Source: Burkholderiales bacterium (GTDB lineage: Bacteria > Pseudomonadota > Gammaproteobacteria > Burkholderiales > JACQAP01). From it: DNA of 64,000 bases. The notes beneath the pieces are model-generated. The model had not been told where the DNA came from. It was given only the letters and a program-made list of their open reading frames with translations, and ran no database searches. The translations under genes and the position numbers were made by a program. Each line of letters opens with the position of its first letter. Within the stretch, counting starts at the first letter, position 1. Location: contig DASZTG010000094.1 of NCBI GenBank assembly GCA_035548375.1, forward strand, positions 283-64,282, in the 5' to 3' direction. Shown in pieces: positions 1-10,882 of this stretch.

Positions 1-350
1 TCGGCGCGGAAGTCACGATGTTGATGCGCAACAACGAGAGCCCGGACCCGCATCCGCCCGGCATGCTGCCGCCCGGATCGGAGAACAAAGTCATGCATTG
101 CAGCCTGAAGATCGGCGAGACCACGATCCTGGCTTCGGACGGGCACTGCGCCGGGAAGCCGGTTTTCCAGGGCTTTTCGCTGACCGTGACGGCGGACACC
201 GATGCCGAAGCCGATCGCATTTACGCCGCACTGGCCGACGGGGGCAACGCCATGATGCCACCCACGAAGACATTCTTCTCGTCGCGTTTCGGGATGCTGA
301 CCGATCGCTTTGGCATGGGCTGGATGGTCATCGTCAAGCCCGCGTCCTGA
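1..350 (+). CDS. VOC/PhnB-like glyoxalase-superfamily protein, 5-prime truncated by window edge
   Basis: Frame is open from nt 3 with no stop. Core CSLKIGETTILASDG and tail SSRFGMLTDRFGMGWMV resemble the PhnB / 3-demethylubiquinone-methyltransferase-like VOC fold. The N-terminal part of the domain is missing. Confidence 0.75.
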   Translation, partial: GAEVTMLMRNNESPDPHPPGMLPPGSENKVMHCSLKIGETTILASDGHCAGKPVFQGFSLTVTADTDAEADRIYAALADGGNAMMPPTKTFFSSRFGMLTDRFGMGWMVIVKPAS

Positions 351-372
351 CGCGCGAAAACGCGGAACCGCC

Positions 373-909
373 ATGCTCAAGATCATTTTTCTGGTCCTGG
401 CCATTCTCGTCGCCGTGCTGGCAATCGTGGTCGCCATGCAACCCGACGAATTCCGGGTTTCCCGGAGCACCACGATGAATGCGCCGCCCGCGGCGGTGTT
501 TGCCCAGGTGAATGACCTGCACAACTGGGAAAAATGGAATCCCTGGCAGAAAGTGGATCCGGCAATGAAGTTGCAGTTTTCCGGACCGCCGTCCGGAGTC
601 GGCGCAGCCTATGCCTGGCAGGGCAACAAGGACGTGGGCGAAGGCCGGCTCTCCATCATCGAAAGCCGACCGAGCGACCTGGTTCGCATCAAGCTTGAAT
701 TCCTTAAGCCTTTTGCCGCCACCAATACCGCGATTTTCACGTTCAAGCCGGCCGGCACCCAGGCGGAAGTCACCTGGGCGATGGAAGGCAGGAATAATTT
801 CCTCGCGAAAGCGATACATCTGTGCATGAACATGGACAAGATGGTCGGCGGCCAATTCGAACAGGGCCTGGCCGACATGAAAGCCGCGGTCGAGGCCGGC
901 GCGAAATAG
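373..909 (+). CDS. SRPBCC (polyketide cyclase/dehydrase-like) protein with N-terminal membrane anchor
   Basis: ATG 373 (MLKIIFLVLAILVAVLAIVVA) gives one TM helix followed by an SRPBCC-like body (NDLHNWEKWNPW). The extension to 310 overlaps the previous gene and looks non-coding. Confidence 0.75.
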   Translation: MLKIIFLVLAILVAVLAIVVAMQPDEFRVSRSTTMNAPPAAVFAQVNDLHNWEKWNPWQKVDPAMKLQFSGPPSGVGAAYAWQGNKDVGEGRLSIIESRPSDLVRIKLEFLKPFAATNTAIFTFKPAGTQAEVTWAMEGRNNFLAKAIHLCMNMDKMVGGQFEQGLADMKAAVEAGAK

Positions 910-922
910 ACTGGAGGAAACG

Positions 923-1498
923 ATGACCCGCAAACAACTCCTCATCGCCGTGCTGCTTTCCGGCGTCGCCTTGCCCGGACTCGCCGCCGACAGCTACACC
1001 GTCGACCCGATGCACACCTATCCGAGCCTCGAGTTCTCCCACATGGGCATGTCCATCTGGCGCGGCAAGTTCAACAAATCGTCAGGCAGGATCGTGCTCG
1101 ATCGCGTCGCGAAGACCGGTACCGTCGACGTGACCATCGACGTGGCCAGCATCAGCTTCGGCCTGGCCGCCATGGATGAAAAAGCGCGCTCGGATGATTT
1201 CTTCAACGTCGAGAAATTCCCGACCGCGACTTACAAGGGCAGTATCCGGTTCGCCGGCGAGAAGCCGAAGTCTGTCGAAGGTTCAATCACGCTGATGGGC
1301 GTCACCAGGCCGGCCAATCTGAAGATCAACCTCTTCAATTGCATGCCCCATCCGATGTTGAAGCGCGAATTCTGCGGCGCCGACGCCGAAGGCGACATGA
1401 ACTGGGGCGAATACGGCATGAAGATGAGCCAGTACGGCCAGGGTGACGCCGGCATGGTCCACCTGCGCATCCAGGTCGAGGCGCTCAGGGACGAGTAA
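923..1498 (+). CDS. YceI family periplasmic protein
   Basis: SD ggagga lies upstream. Signal peptide MTRKQLLIAVLLSGVALPGLAA. YceI-like pattern YTVDPMHTYPSLEFSHMG..RGKFNK. Confidence 0.85.
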   Translation: MTRKQLLIAVLLSGVALPGLAADSYTVDPMHTYPSLEFSHMGMSIWRGKFNKSSGRIVLDRVAKTGTVDVTIDVASISFGLAAMDEKARSDDFFNVEKFPTATYKGSIRFAGEKPKSVEGSITLMGVTRPANLKINLFNCMPHPMLKREFCGADAEGDMNWGEYGMKMSQYGQGDAGMVHLRIQVEALRDE

Positions 1499-1553
1499 GG
1501 GTCTCGTGCAGAAAGACGGTAAATAACGCAAGCCCCAGGCTGACTGACAAACC

Positions 1554-2078
1554 ATGACGACCCGCAACCCGACGGTAACGCGACGGCGCATTTCCGGCGC
1601 CGGCACCCATGACGATTCGATTCCGACCGGCGAGCAAGACCGCGAGCTTCTCCTCACGCGCGTCTTCGATGCGCCTCGAGACGTCGTGTTTCGCGCATGG
1701 ACGGATCCGGAACAACTCGCCCAATGGTACGGCCCGGAGGGATTCACGCTGTCGTTCCTCGAAATGGACCTGCGCCCCGGCGGCGCCTGGAAGAAATGCA
1801 TGCGCTCGCCGGAAGGCAAGGAGTATTGGCGGCACGGCATCTACCTGGAAATCTCGCCGCCGCGGCGCATCGCCTTCACCTACCTGTCCGACGATCCGAA
1901 CAGCGATCCCGAGCACGAGACGATCGTGACCGTCACGTTCGCCGAGCAGGGCGGGAAAACGCTGCTGACCCTGCGCCAGGCGAATTTCGATTCCGTGGCC
2001 GCGCGCGACGCTCACAATTTCGGCTGGACGAGCTGCATGCTGCGCTTCGGCGGATTCGTCGAGCGGCAGGCCGCCTAG
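1554..2078 (+). CDS. SRPBCC / AHSA1-like (activator of Hsp90 ATPase homolog) domain protein
   Basis: LLLTRVFDAPRDVVFRAWTDPEQLAQWYGPEGF and RRIAFTY are typical of the AHSA1 branch of SRPBCC. Confidence 0.75.
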   Translation: MTTRNPTVTRRRISGAGTHDDSIPTGEQDRELLLTRVFDAPRDVVFRAWTDPEQLAQWYGPEGFTLSFLEMDLRPGGAWKKCMRSPEGKEYWRHGIYLEISPPRRIAFTYLSDDPNSDPEHETIVTVTFAEQGGKTLLTLRQANFDSVAARDAHNFGWTSCMLRFGGFVERQAA

Positions 2079-2127
2079 CCGTTGCCGGAACACGAAAGCC
2101 GACTTCCCTTCACGAGGAGCAGGACGC

Positions 2128-3567
2128 ATGACCGAACTCGACAGCCGCAGGCGCTGGCTGGCCCTCTATATCCTTTGCCTTGGCGTGCTGATGATCGTGC
2201 TCGATACGACCATCGTGAACGTCGCGCTGCCGTCGATCCGCACCGACCTGCATTTTTCCGAGACGTCGCTGGTGTGGGTCGTCAACGCCTACATGCTGAC
2301 TTTCGGCGGCTTCCTGCTGCTGGGCGGGCGCCTGGGCGACCTGCTCGGCCACCGTCGGCTCTTCCTCGCCGGCATCTCGCTCTTCACGCTGGCGTCCATC
2401 GCCTGCGGTCTCGCGAATTCGCAGATGCTGCTGATCGCGGCGCGCGCGGTGCAGGGTCTCGGCGGCGCGGTCGTCTCGGCGGTATCGCTGTCGCTGATCA
2501 TGAATCTCTTCACCGAGCCGGCGGAGCGCGCAAAGGCCATGGGCATCTATGGTTTCGTCTGCGCGGGCGGCGGCAGCATCGGCGTGCTGCTGGGCGGGCT
2601 GCTTACCAGCGCGCTCAGCTGGCACTGGATTTTCCTGGTCAATGTTCCGATAGGGGCCGGCGTGTACGCCTTGTGCCTGAAGCTGCTGCCGGCCGGTCGC
2701 GGCCAGCCGGGAAGCCATCTCGACATCGCCGGCGCGGCAACGGTGACGACATCGCTGATGCTGGCGGTCTATGCGATCGTAAACGGCAACGGCGCCGGCT
2801 GGACGTCCGCCCAATCGATCGGCCTGCTTGCCGCTTCGGCGGTGTTGCTGGGCGCTTTCCTGTTCATCGAATCGCGCGTGCGTTCACCGTTGATGCCGCT
2901 GGGTCTGTTCGCGCTGCGCAACGTGGCGACGGCCAACGTCGTCGGCGTGCTATGGGCCGCGGCCATGTTCGCCTGGTTCTTCATCTCGGCGCTGTACATG
3001 CAGCTCGTGCTGGGCTACAGCGCCATGCAAGTGGGCCTGGGCTTCCTGCCCGCGAACCTGATCATGGCTGCGTTTTCGCTCGGCTGGTCCGCGAAGCTGG
3101 TCATGCGCTTCGGCCTGCGCCTGCCGCTGGTCGCCGGCTTGCTGATGGCGGCGGCGGGATTGCTGCTGTTCGCGCGCGCCCCCGTGGCCGGCAGCTTCGT
3201 GACCGACGTGCTGCCCGGCATGCTGTTGCTGGGGCTGGGCGCCGGCATCGCGTTCAATCCGGTCCTGCTTGCGGCGATGAGCGACGTGAAGCCCGAAGAA
3301 GCGGGCCTCGCATCGGGAGTCGTGAACACGTCTTTCATGATGGGCGGCGCGCTCGGGCTTGCCGTGCTGGCCAGTCTCGCCGAAGCGCGATCGCAATCGC
3401 TGTCGGCATCCGGTTCCGATGCGCTTGTCGCATTGAACGGCGGCTACCATGTCGCCTTCCTGATCGGCGCGATATTCGCCGGCATCGCGGCACTCGTCGG
3501 CGCTGCTTTCCTGCGCGCGGGAAAGCAGGCACCGCATGACGGCGAACATGCCGTGGCGCATTCGTGA
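2128..3567 (+). CDS. MFS transporter, DHA2 (EmrB/QacA-like, 14 TMS)
   Basis: 479 aa with about 14 hydrophobic segments and the MFS motif GGRLGDLLGHRR. Confidence 0.85.
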   Translation: MTELDSRRRWLALYILCLGVLMIVLDTTIVNVALPSIRTDLHFSETSLVWVVNAYMLTFGGFLLLGGRLGDLLGHRRLFLAGISLFTLASIACGLANSQMLLIAARAVQGLGGAVVSAVSLSLIMNLFTEPAERAKAMGIYGFVCAGGGSIGVLLGGLLTSALSWHWIFLVNVPIGAGVYALCLKLLPAGRGQPGSHLDIAGAATVTTSLMLAVYAIVNGNGAGWTSAQSIGLLAASAVLLGAFLFIESRVRSPLMPLGLFALRNVATANVVGVLWAAAMFAWFFISALYMQLVLGYSAMQVGLGFLPANLIMAAFSLGWSAKLVMRFGLRLPLVAGLLMAAAGLLLFARAPVAGSFVTDVLPGMLLLGLGAGIAFNPVLLAAMSDVKPEEAGLASGVVNTSFMMGGALGLAVLASLAEARSQSLSASGSDALVALNGGYHVAFLIGAIFAGIAALVGAAFLRAGKQAPHDGEHAVAHS

Positions 3568-3818
3568 TGCAAGCCGGACTGCAACATCGGTTCGATGGGA
3601 AGCGAATGCCATGCGCCGAGCGACATTTGCCATCCGCATCGAGATCCGCGCAAGAACTTACCGGCGGCCGGCACGGTCGCATGCATTATGGTCAACAAAG
3701 GCTTAGGCATGGTCCGGGCACCCTGCATTGCGATACGCGCTTGCCCGGGCTCCCCGTTCACCGCAACGCGCCCCCGACGTTCGGTCGTCGGTCCGTTCGA
3801 GTGCGCTACAGTAACGGC

Positions 3819-4205
3819 ATGAGCGCGAACAGCGGCCCCGGTTATCTTAAAAATCCCACGCACCGCGTCAAAACGGCGCGCGCGGCCGGTCGCATTCGCC
3901 TGACGTTCCAGGGCGAGGTCATCGCGGACACGCACGACGCCATCCGGCTCGAGGAGAGCGGCTACTCGCCGGTGTTCTACATTCCGCGCAAGGACGTGAA
4001 CATGGCGCGGCTCGTGCGCACGACCCACCGATCGTATTGCCCCTACAAGGGCCAGGCGTCGTACTTCTCGTTGACCACGGACGGCCGCGTGGAAGAAAAC
4101 GCGGTCTGGAGCTACGAGAAGCCCTACGACGAAGTCGCAAGCATTCGCGAATTCCTGGCCTTCTACCCGAATCGCGTCGACGGCATCGAGGAATTGCCGG
4201 CCTAG
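3819..4205 (+). CDS. DUF427 domain protein
   Basis: ATG 3819 lies inside a longer ORF. The DUF427-like pattern (VFYIPRKDV, CPYKGQASYF, VWSYEKP) starts only after this ATG. Confidence 0.7.
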   Translation: MSANSGPGYLKNPTHRVKTARAAGRIRLTFQGEVIADTHDAIRLEESGYSPVFYIPRKDVNMARLVRTTHRSYCPYKGQASYFSLTTDGRVEENAVWSYEKPYDEVASIREFLAFYPNRVDGIEELPA

Positions 4206-4224
4206 CCGGCGGCGTTTCGCAATA

Positions 4225-5754
4225 ATGGAAACGACTTCGCCGCGGCGCGCGGGGCGCAGGGAATGGATCGGCCTCGGCGTGATCGCCCTGCCCTGCATGC
4301 TCTACTCGATGGACCTGACGGTGCTGAATCTCGCGATTCCGCAACTCAGCGCCGAGCTGAAGCCCAGCAGCTCGCAACTGCTGTGGATCGTGGACATCTA
4401 CGGCTTCCTGGTCGCGGGCTTCCTGATCACGATGGGCACGCTGGGTGATCGCATCGGCCGCCGGAAACTGTTGATGTTCGGCGCAACGGCGTTCGGCATC
4501 GCGTCCGTCCTGGCCGCGTTCTCCAACAGCGCCGGCATGCTCATCGCCACCCGCGCCCTGCTCGGCATCGCCGCGGCCACGCTCGCACCTTCGACGCTTT
4601 CGCTGATCCGCAACATGTTCCACGATCCGAAGCAGCGCACCTTCGCCATCGCCATGTGGATCACCAGCTTTTCCGTGGGCGCGGTCATCGGCCCGCTGGT
4701 CGGCGGCATCCTGCTCGAACATTTCTGGTGGGGCTCGGTGTTCCTGGTCGCGGTGCCGGTCATGGTGCTGCTGCTGGCATGTGCGCCCTTCCTGCTGCCC
4801 GAGTTCAAGGACCCCGGCGCCGGCCGGCTGGACTTCTTCAGCGCCCTGCAATCTCTCGTGGCGGTGCTCGCCGTGATCTACGGCCTCAAGCACGTCGCCC
4901 AGCACGGCATCGGCTGGACGCCTGTCGCCTTCATCGCCGCGGGCGTCGCGATCGGCGTGGCATTCCTGCGCCGGCAGCGCTCGCTTGCCGACCCGCTGAT
5001 CGACCTTCGCCTGTTCCGCCTGCCCGTGTTCAGCGCCGCGCTGGCGATCAACATCCTCGGCTTCCTGGTGATGTTCTCGGCCTTTCTCTACATCGCGCAA
5101 TACCTGCAGCTGGTGCTGGGCCTGTCGCCCATGAAAGCCGGGTTATGGTCGGTGCCCTCGGCGCTCGCCTTCATCATCGGCTCCACGCTGACGCCGGCGA
5201 TCGTCAAGCGGATTTCCCGCGTGCACGCCATGGCCGGCGGCCTGATCGTCGCGGCGCTGGGCTTCGGCATCCTGACGCAGGTCCATGGCGATGGCGCGCT
5301 CGCGGTTCTCGTGATCGGGGCATTCATCTATTCCCTGGGCATGACGCCGGTGGTCACCCTGACGACCGATTTTGTAGTTGGCTCGGCGCCTCCAGAGCGT
5401 GCCGGCGCGGCCGCATCGCTGTCGGAAACCGCCACCGAATTCGGCGGCGCCCTGGGCATCGCCGTGTTCGGCAGCATAGGCACCGCGGTCTACCGGCATC
5501 GCATCGACGCCAGCCTGCCGTCGGGCACCTCGCCGGAGGTCGCGGCCGCGGTAAGGGACACACTCGGAGGCGCGGTCGCCGCCGCCCGCGAGACTTCGCA
5601 ATCGGGGCCGGTTCTGCTGGATGCGGCGCGCGATGCGTTCACCTTGAGCTTCCAGGTTACCTCCGCGATCAGCATCGGCATCCTCGTGGCGACCGCAATC
5701 ATCGCGATCCGGATGCTCAGGCACGCGGAAACCGGAATGCCTTCGACCCACTGA
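4225..5754 (+). CDS. MFS transporter, DHA2 family
   Basis: 509 aa with about 14 hydrophobic segments and the motif [11 protein letters not shown]. Confidence 0.85.
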   Translation: METTSPRRAGRREWIGLGVIALPCMLYSMDLTVLNLAIPQLSAELKPSSSQLLWIVDIYGFLVAGFLITMGTLGDRIGRRKLLMFGATAFGIASVLAAFSNSAGMLIATRALLGIAAATLAPSTLSLIRNMFHDPKQRTFAIAMWITSFSVGAVIGPLVGGILLEHFWWGSVFLVAVPVMVLLLACAPFLLPEFKDPGAGRLDFFSALQSLVAVLAVIYGLKHVAQHGIGWTPVAFIAAGVAIGVAFLRRQRSLADPLIDLRLFRLPVFSAALAINILGFLVMFSAFLYIAQYLQLVLGLSPMKAGLWSVPSALAFIIGSTLTPAIVKRISRVHAMAGGLIVAALGFGILTQVHGDGALAVLVIGAFIYSLGMTPVVTLTTDFVVGSAPPERAGAAASLSETATEFGGALGIAVFGSIGTAVYRHRIDASLPSGTSPEVAAAVRDTLGGAVAAARETSQSGPVLLDAARDAFTLSFQVTSAISIGILVATAIIAIRMLRHAETGMPSTH

Positions 5755-5779
5755 CCGTCGCGACGGGCATTGCGCCCGA

Positions 5780-6723
5780 ATGGCGCTACACTCGCATTCC
5801 ATGCAATCGATCATCTCCATCTCCGGGCTCACCAAGACTTATGCGTCCGGACTGCAGGCCCTCAAGACCACCAGCCTCGAGATCGGCAAGGGCGAAATCT
5901 TCGCCCTGCTCGGGCCGAACGGCGCCGGCAAGACCACGCTGATCAGCATCATCTGCGGCATCGTCACGCCGACTTCCGGCAATGTCAGCGTGGCGGGCCA
6001 CGACATCCTGCGCGACTATCGCGCGTCGCGGGCGATCATCGGGCTGGTTCCGCAGGAGCTCCACACCGACATGTTCGAGACGGTCTGGAACACGGTGGGC
6101 TTCAGCCGCGGATTGTTCGGCCGCCCGCGCAATCCCGCGCACCTGGAGAAAGTCCTGCGCGAGCTCTCGCTCTGGGAAAAGCGCAACGACAAGATCATGA
6201 CGCTCTCCGGCGGCATGAAGCGTCGCGTGCTCATCGCCAAGGCGCTGGCGCACGAACCGGAAGTTTTATTTCTCGACGAGCCCACCGCCGGCGTCGACGT
6301 CGAGCTGCGTCGCGACATGTGGGCGCTGGTGCGACGCCTGCGTGCCGACGGCGTGACCATCATCCTGACCACCCACTACATCGAGGAAGCCGAGGAGATG
6401 GCCGACCGCGTGGGCGTCATCAGCAAGGGCGAGCTGATCCTGGTCGAGGAGAAAACCCGGCTCATGCAGAAGCTCGGCAAGAAGCAGATGACCCTGCACC
6501 TGCAGGAACCGATGAACGCGATTCCCGACGCGTTGAAGGATTGGAAGCTCGTGCTGAAGGACAAGGGCAACGAGCTCGAATACAACTTCGACGCGCGCGA
6601 AGAAGGCACCGGCATCCCGGCGTTGCTGCGCCGGCTCGCCGAACTCGGCATCGGCTTCAAGGACCTGCAGACGCGGCAGAGTTCGCTGGAAGACATTTTC
6701 GTCAGCCTGGTCCACGACCGCAC

Positions 6724-6727
<4 letters not shown>
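5780..6727 (+). CDS. ABC transporter ATP-binding protein (ABC-2 type exporter)
   Basis: Walker [10 protein letters not shown], signature LSGGMKRR, Walker [16 protein letters not shown] 5801 is an alternative start. Confidence 0.85.
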
Positions 6728-7512
<785 letters not shown>

Positions 7513-7539
7513 GCGGCGTCACGCTTTTTTCGATGGCGG

Positions 7540-7752
7540 TCAATTCGGCCGCTTCATGATTTTCTGGCGGATGCGCTCGTATTCGTCTTTGGTTACGGCG
7601 CCGGCGTCCAGGGCCTTCTGCAGGTCCTTGAGCTCCCAACCCTTCGAGATTTGCGTCGACTGCTCCACCTTGACGACGGTGTCGCCCCCGCAGGCCGCGA
7701 GCCCGCACGCGACGAACGATGCCGCCGCGATTGCCGCACAAGTTCTTTTCAT
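7540..7752 (-). CDS. SHOCT-domain lipoprotein
   Basis: Start chosen at MKRTCAAIAAASFVACGLAAC (lipobox). C-terminal SHOCT-like motif LQKALDAGAVTKDEYERIRQKI. Confidence 0.65.
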   Translation of the reverse strand: MKRTCAAIAAASFVACGLAACGGDTVVKVEQSTQISKGWELKDLQKALDAGAVTKDEYERIRQKIMKRPN

Positions 7753-7766
7753 GATCGCGCGCCCCG

Positions 7767-7967
7767 TCACTTGATGCTCTCGATGAGCTGCTTGCGCTGG
7801 CGATCGTATTCCTTGTCGTTCAGCGCGCCGACGTCGTGGGCTTCCTTGAGTTCGATCAATTGCTGGCCGATCGTCACGTCCACCCGCGGGCCCGCCGGCT
7901 TCGGCGAACTGCATCCGCAAAGCAGTGCGACGGCCATGGTTGTCGCTAACGGCACTATCCGGAACAT
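7767..7967 (-). CDS. SHOCT-domain lipoprotein (paralog of 7540..7752)
   Basis: MFRIVPLATTMAVALLCGC lipobox. SHOCT-like motif LKEAHDVGALNDKEYDRQRKQLI. Confidence 0.65.
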   Translation of the reverse strand: MFRIVPLATTMAVALLCGCSSPKPAGPRVDVTIGQQLIELKEAHDVGALNDKEYDRQRKQLIESIK

Positions 7968-8128
7968 GGCATTGCCTCCCTTTTCTGGTCGATTCCGTCG
8001 CCGCGGCCCGAAACCGGGCGGGAACGCCGAACTATAATGCCGGAGGCATCGGCGGGCGCACAAGCGCAGGTTGCGGTTCGGGCCGCCCGCCGCCACCGTG
8101 CAGGATTCACTATCCCTGGGAGGGGCCG

Positions 8129-9535
8129 GTGTTTCTACGATTCCTTTTGCCGGCAATGGTCGTGCTGCTGTCGATCTTGTCTGTGCAAGCCGCCGATCTT
8201 CCCGCGCTCGCGGGCACGGTGGAATTCGTCACGGGCAAGGCGTGGTTCCTCGATGCGGCCGGCAAGAGGCGCCCTGCCGTCAGGGGCGAAAGGCTGCGCT
8301 CTTCCGACACGGTGCTCACGGGCGCGGACGGCGAAGTCCACCTCGACATGGACGACGGCGGCTACCTCGCGGTGCGGCCGAACACGCAGATCAAGGTCGA
8401 GCAATACCGCGCTCGCGGCGACAAGGACGATCGCGTCTTCCTGAACCTGCTGAAAGGCACGTTTCGCTCCTTCACCGGCTGGGTTCCCAAGGTCGCGCCG
8501 GACAATTACCAGGTCAGGACCCTGACGGCGACCATAGGCGTGCGCGGCACCGACCACGAGCCGCTGTTCCTGCCCGAAGGCAGCGGCATCGGCGAAGCCG
8601 GCACCTACGACAAGGTCAACGAAGGCGCCACCATCATCGACCACGCCTCCGGCCGGGTCGACGTGATGCCGAACACGGCAGGCTTCGCCCCGCTCTCGCC
8701 CGAAGGGAAAGCCCGGCTGCTGGAGCGCATTCCGGAATTCTTCCAGCCGACGCCGAACGAGGGCCTGCTGGAAGGACGCCACCAGAAGGTCCAGGAAAAG
8801 CTCAAGGAGAAGCTCGAATCCCGACAGCGCCTGAATCGATCGCAAACGCGCGAAGGCGAACCGAATTCCAACGCCGCCAGCGAAATGCAGGAGACGCCGA
8901 CCGATGGCGCGCCCGGACTGAAGGAGGCGCCGGCCTCCACCCTGCCGCCGATAGCGCCGGCGGTGCCCGCCGCGGGTGCGGGTGGCGGCGCCGCCGCCGC
9001 GATCCCGTCGGCGGCCGCACCGGCTGCGGCAACGTCTTTCTCACCCGCGGTTCCCGCAGTCCCGAATGTTGCGGCCCCGGCCGCCGCCGCGGCTGCCAGC
9101 GTGCCGGTTCCGAGTCCGGCATCGGCTATCCCGGCCGTTCCGGTGGGCACGTCGAATTCCTCGAGCGTGCCGGCGGCAGTCGCTGCGCCGGCGGCGAAGT
9201 CATTGTCGGCGCCGGATGCGGTCGCACCGGCAACCTCGGCGGCGAAGCCCGCGGCAGCACCAGCCAGCACGGATCGCCGGCCCGCCGCGGGACGCCCGCG
9301 TGGCGTTCAGGACCAGGAACGCCCAGCAGCCGCCGATAGTCAGCCCGCGAAAGCCGCCACGCCCGCACCCGCCACGAGCGACCGCGAGCGGGTCTACAAC
9401 GATCGTCGCAAGAAACAGCAGCAGGATCGCGAAGGCCTGTATGAAAGCGACCGCAACTCCGATCGCGATCGCGACCTCGACAAGGAACGCAATGCCGAGC
9501 GTGACGCGATTCGTCGCAGCAGGGAGCAGCGCTGA
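8129..9535 (+). CDS. Secreted FecR-domain protein with Ala/Pro-rich linker and charged tail
   Basis: GTG 8129 is preceded by gggagggg. Signal peptide ends ..LSILSVQAADL. FecR-like block GERLRSSDTVLTGADGEVHLDMDDGGYLAVRPNTQIKV...IGVRGT. About 130 aa of A/P/S low complexity follow, then an R/D/E/K-rich tail. Confidence 0.7.
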   Translation: MFLRFLLPAMVVLLSILSVQAADLPALAGTVEFVTGKAWFLDAAGKRRPAVRGERLRSSDTVLTGADGEVHLDMDDGGYLAVRPNTQIKVEQYRARGDKDDRVFLNLLKGTFRSFTGWVPKVAPDNYQVRTLTATIGVRGTDHEPLFLPEGSGIGEAGTYDKVNEGATIIDHASGRVDVMPNTAGFAPLSPEGKARLLERIPEFFQPTPNEGLLEGRHQKVQEKLKEKLESRQRLNRSQTREGEPNSNAASEMQETPTDGAPGLKEAPASTLPPIAPAVPAAGAGGGAAAAIPSAAAPAAATSFSPAVPAVPNVAAPAAAAAASVPVPSPASAIPAVPVGTSNSSSVPAAVAAPAAKSLSAPDAVAPATSAAKPAAAPASTDRRPAAGRPRGVQDQERPAAADSQPAKAATPAPATSDRERVYNDRRKKQQQDREGLYESDRNSDRDRDLDKERNAERDAIRRSREQR

Positions 9536-9603
9536 GGCCGTCGCCCGCCTCCGGGTCTGCGAAGGCTTGTGTCGTTGCCGCTGGAACTGGCTATCCTGCT
9601 TCG

Positions 9604-10359
9604 ATGCGGATCTTCATCGTCTTGCTGCTCGCATTCACGGCATGCGCCTGCGCGACCCGCAAAAGCGATGTGAAGGCACTCTGGCTGCCTGCGTCCCAGG
9701 ATGCCTGGTCCAATGTTCCTCCCGAGGGATTGAAGCTGAAGCGCAAGGACGGATCAGCGGTGCTCGTGCCGGAAGAAGTCATCCACAACGTCGTCACGGT
9801 GAAGCATGCGCTGGAGCAGACGAGCCGCGTGCATGCCGACCTTGCGCTGGTGGAGATGGATTCGCCGAACGCGCTGGCATTCGAATACCAGGGCCGTCCG
9901 GTGATCGCGTTGTCGCTGACTTGGCTCGACCGCCTGGGCATGGACGTCGATGCGCTGGCAACGACCGTCGGGCACGAGCTGGCCCACGTCGAGCTGGGCC
10001 ATACCAGTGCGGCGCGGCAGAAACGCGACGACGCGGCGACGGGCACCAGCCAGGTTCTCGGCACGGTGCTGAACCTCGCCGGCGTGCCGATGGGGGGCAC
10101 GATCGCGAGCCTGGGCGTGGCGGCTTACGCGCGATCCTTCACGCGAGACGAAGAACGGGCGGCCGACGACCTCGGCCTGCGCTGGGCGGTGGAGACCGGC
10201 TACGATCCCTGCGGCCGCTTCCGTACGATGCAGATGTACCGCTCGCTGCAAGCTTCGGGCATCGACCTGCCTTTCCTGTCGACACACCCGGGCGCGGCCG
10301 AGCGGTCGGATCTCGCGAACGATTACTCGCTGAAGCTCGACGCACGGGCGTGCAAGTAA
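9604..10359 (+). CDS. M48 family zinc metallopeptidase lipoprotein
   Basis: Lipoprotein signal MRIFIVLLLAFTAC. Zinc motif HELAHVELGH and C-terminal THPGAAER. Confidence 0.8.
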   Translation: MRIFIVLLLAFTACACATRKSDVKALWLPASQDAWSNVPPEGLKLKRKDGSAVLVPEEVIHNVVTVKHALEQTSRVHADLALVEMDSPNALAFEYQGRPVIALSLTWLDRLGMDVDALATTVGHELAHVELGHTSAARQKRDDAATGTSQVLGTVLNLAGVPMGGTIASLGVAAYARSFTRDEERAADDLGLRWAVETGYDPCGRFRTMQMYRSLQASGIDLPFLSTHPGAAERSDLANDYSLKLDARACK

Positions 10360-10557
10360 GCTCGTCGAAAGAAACTCGCTGTCATCGCGATGGCGAATTC
10401 CGGCGGCGAGTGCCATGCATCGGCCGGGTACCGCGGGTGAATTCGAATGTCGCGAGAACCCGCAGGATCGTCGCGTGACTAACCCAACACGCCCACGAAC
10501 GAATTTATGTCCCTCGTGAGTATTCCTGTCGCGAACATTCGAGCAAGGAGAGCAACG

Positions 10558-10833
10558 ATGAGCAAATTATTTCGGATACTCTTATCCGGCACCGCGGTGA
10601 TTGTCCTGTCGCCGGCGATTCCCGCCTTATCGGCCGACACGACGCCGCGGCCCGAATCGGACAGCAGCATGCGGGCAGCCGGCACGAACAACGCCGACGC
10701 GCCCGCACCCGACGCCGGCAAGAAATCTTCGCGCAAGCACAAGAAGCATGCGTCGAAATCCTCCAATGCCACGGGAGGCGGGCTTCCCGGCGGCGGCACG
10801 GCCGGCGATCCGGGCGGCAAGGCGGACAAGTAA
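10558..10833 (+). CDS. Small secreted low-complexity (Lys/Gly-rich) protein, hypothetical
   Basis: SD aaggaga lies upstream of ATG 10558. Signal peptide ends ..AIPALSA. No family recognised. Confidence 0.5.
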   Translation: MSKLFRILLSGTAVIVLSPAIPALSADTTPRPESDSSMRAAGTNNADAPAPDAGKKSSRKHKKHASKSSNATGGGLPGGGTAGDPGGKADK

Positions 10834-10882
10834 CCGGTACTGACCCTGCCGCAGCGACCATCCGGCAAGTTCCGATCGAGGG

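Noticed and set aside
3919-5100. 393-aa ORF antisense to the second MFS gene
   Set aside because: The translation is Arg/Ala/Gly/Asp-rich with no motifs. It lies fully inside a well-supported MFS gene on the other strand. This is the typical long shadow ORF of high-GC DNA.
8900-9300. Apparent GCC/GCG-rich tandem DNA repeat
   Set aside because: It is in frame within the FecR-domain gene and encodes the Ala/Pro-rich linker. It has no regular repeat unit and is neither CRISPR-like nor a VNTR.
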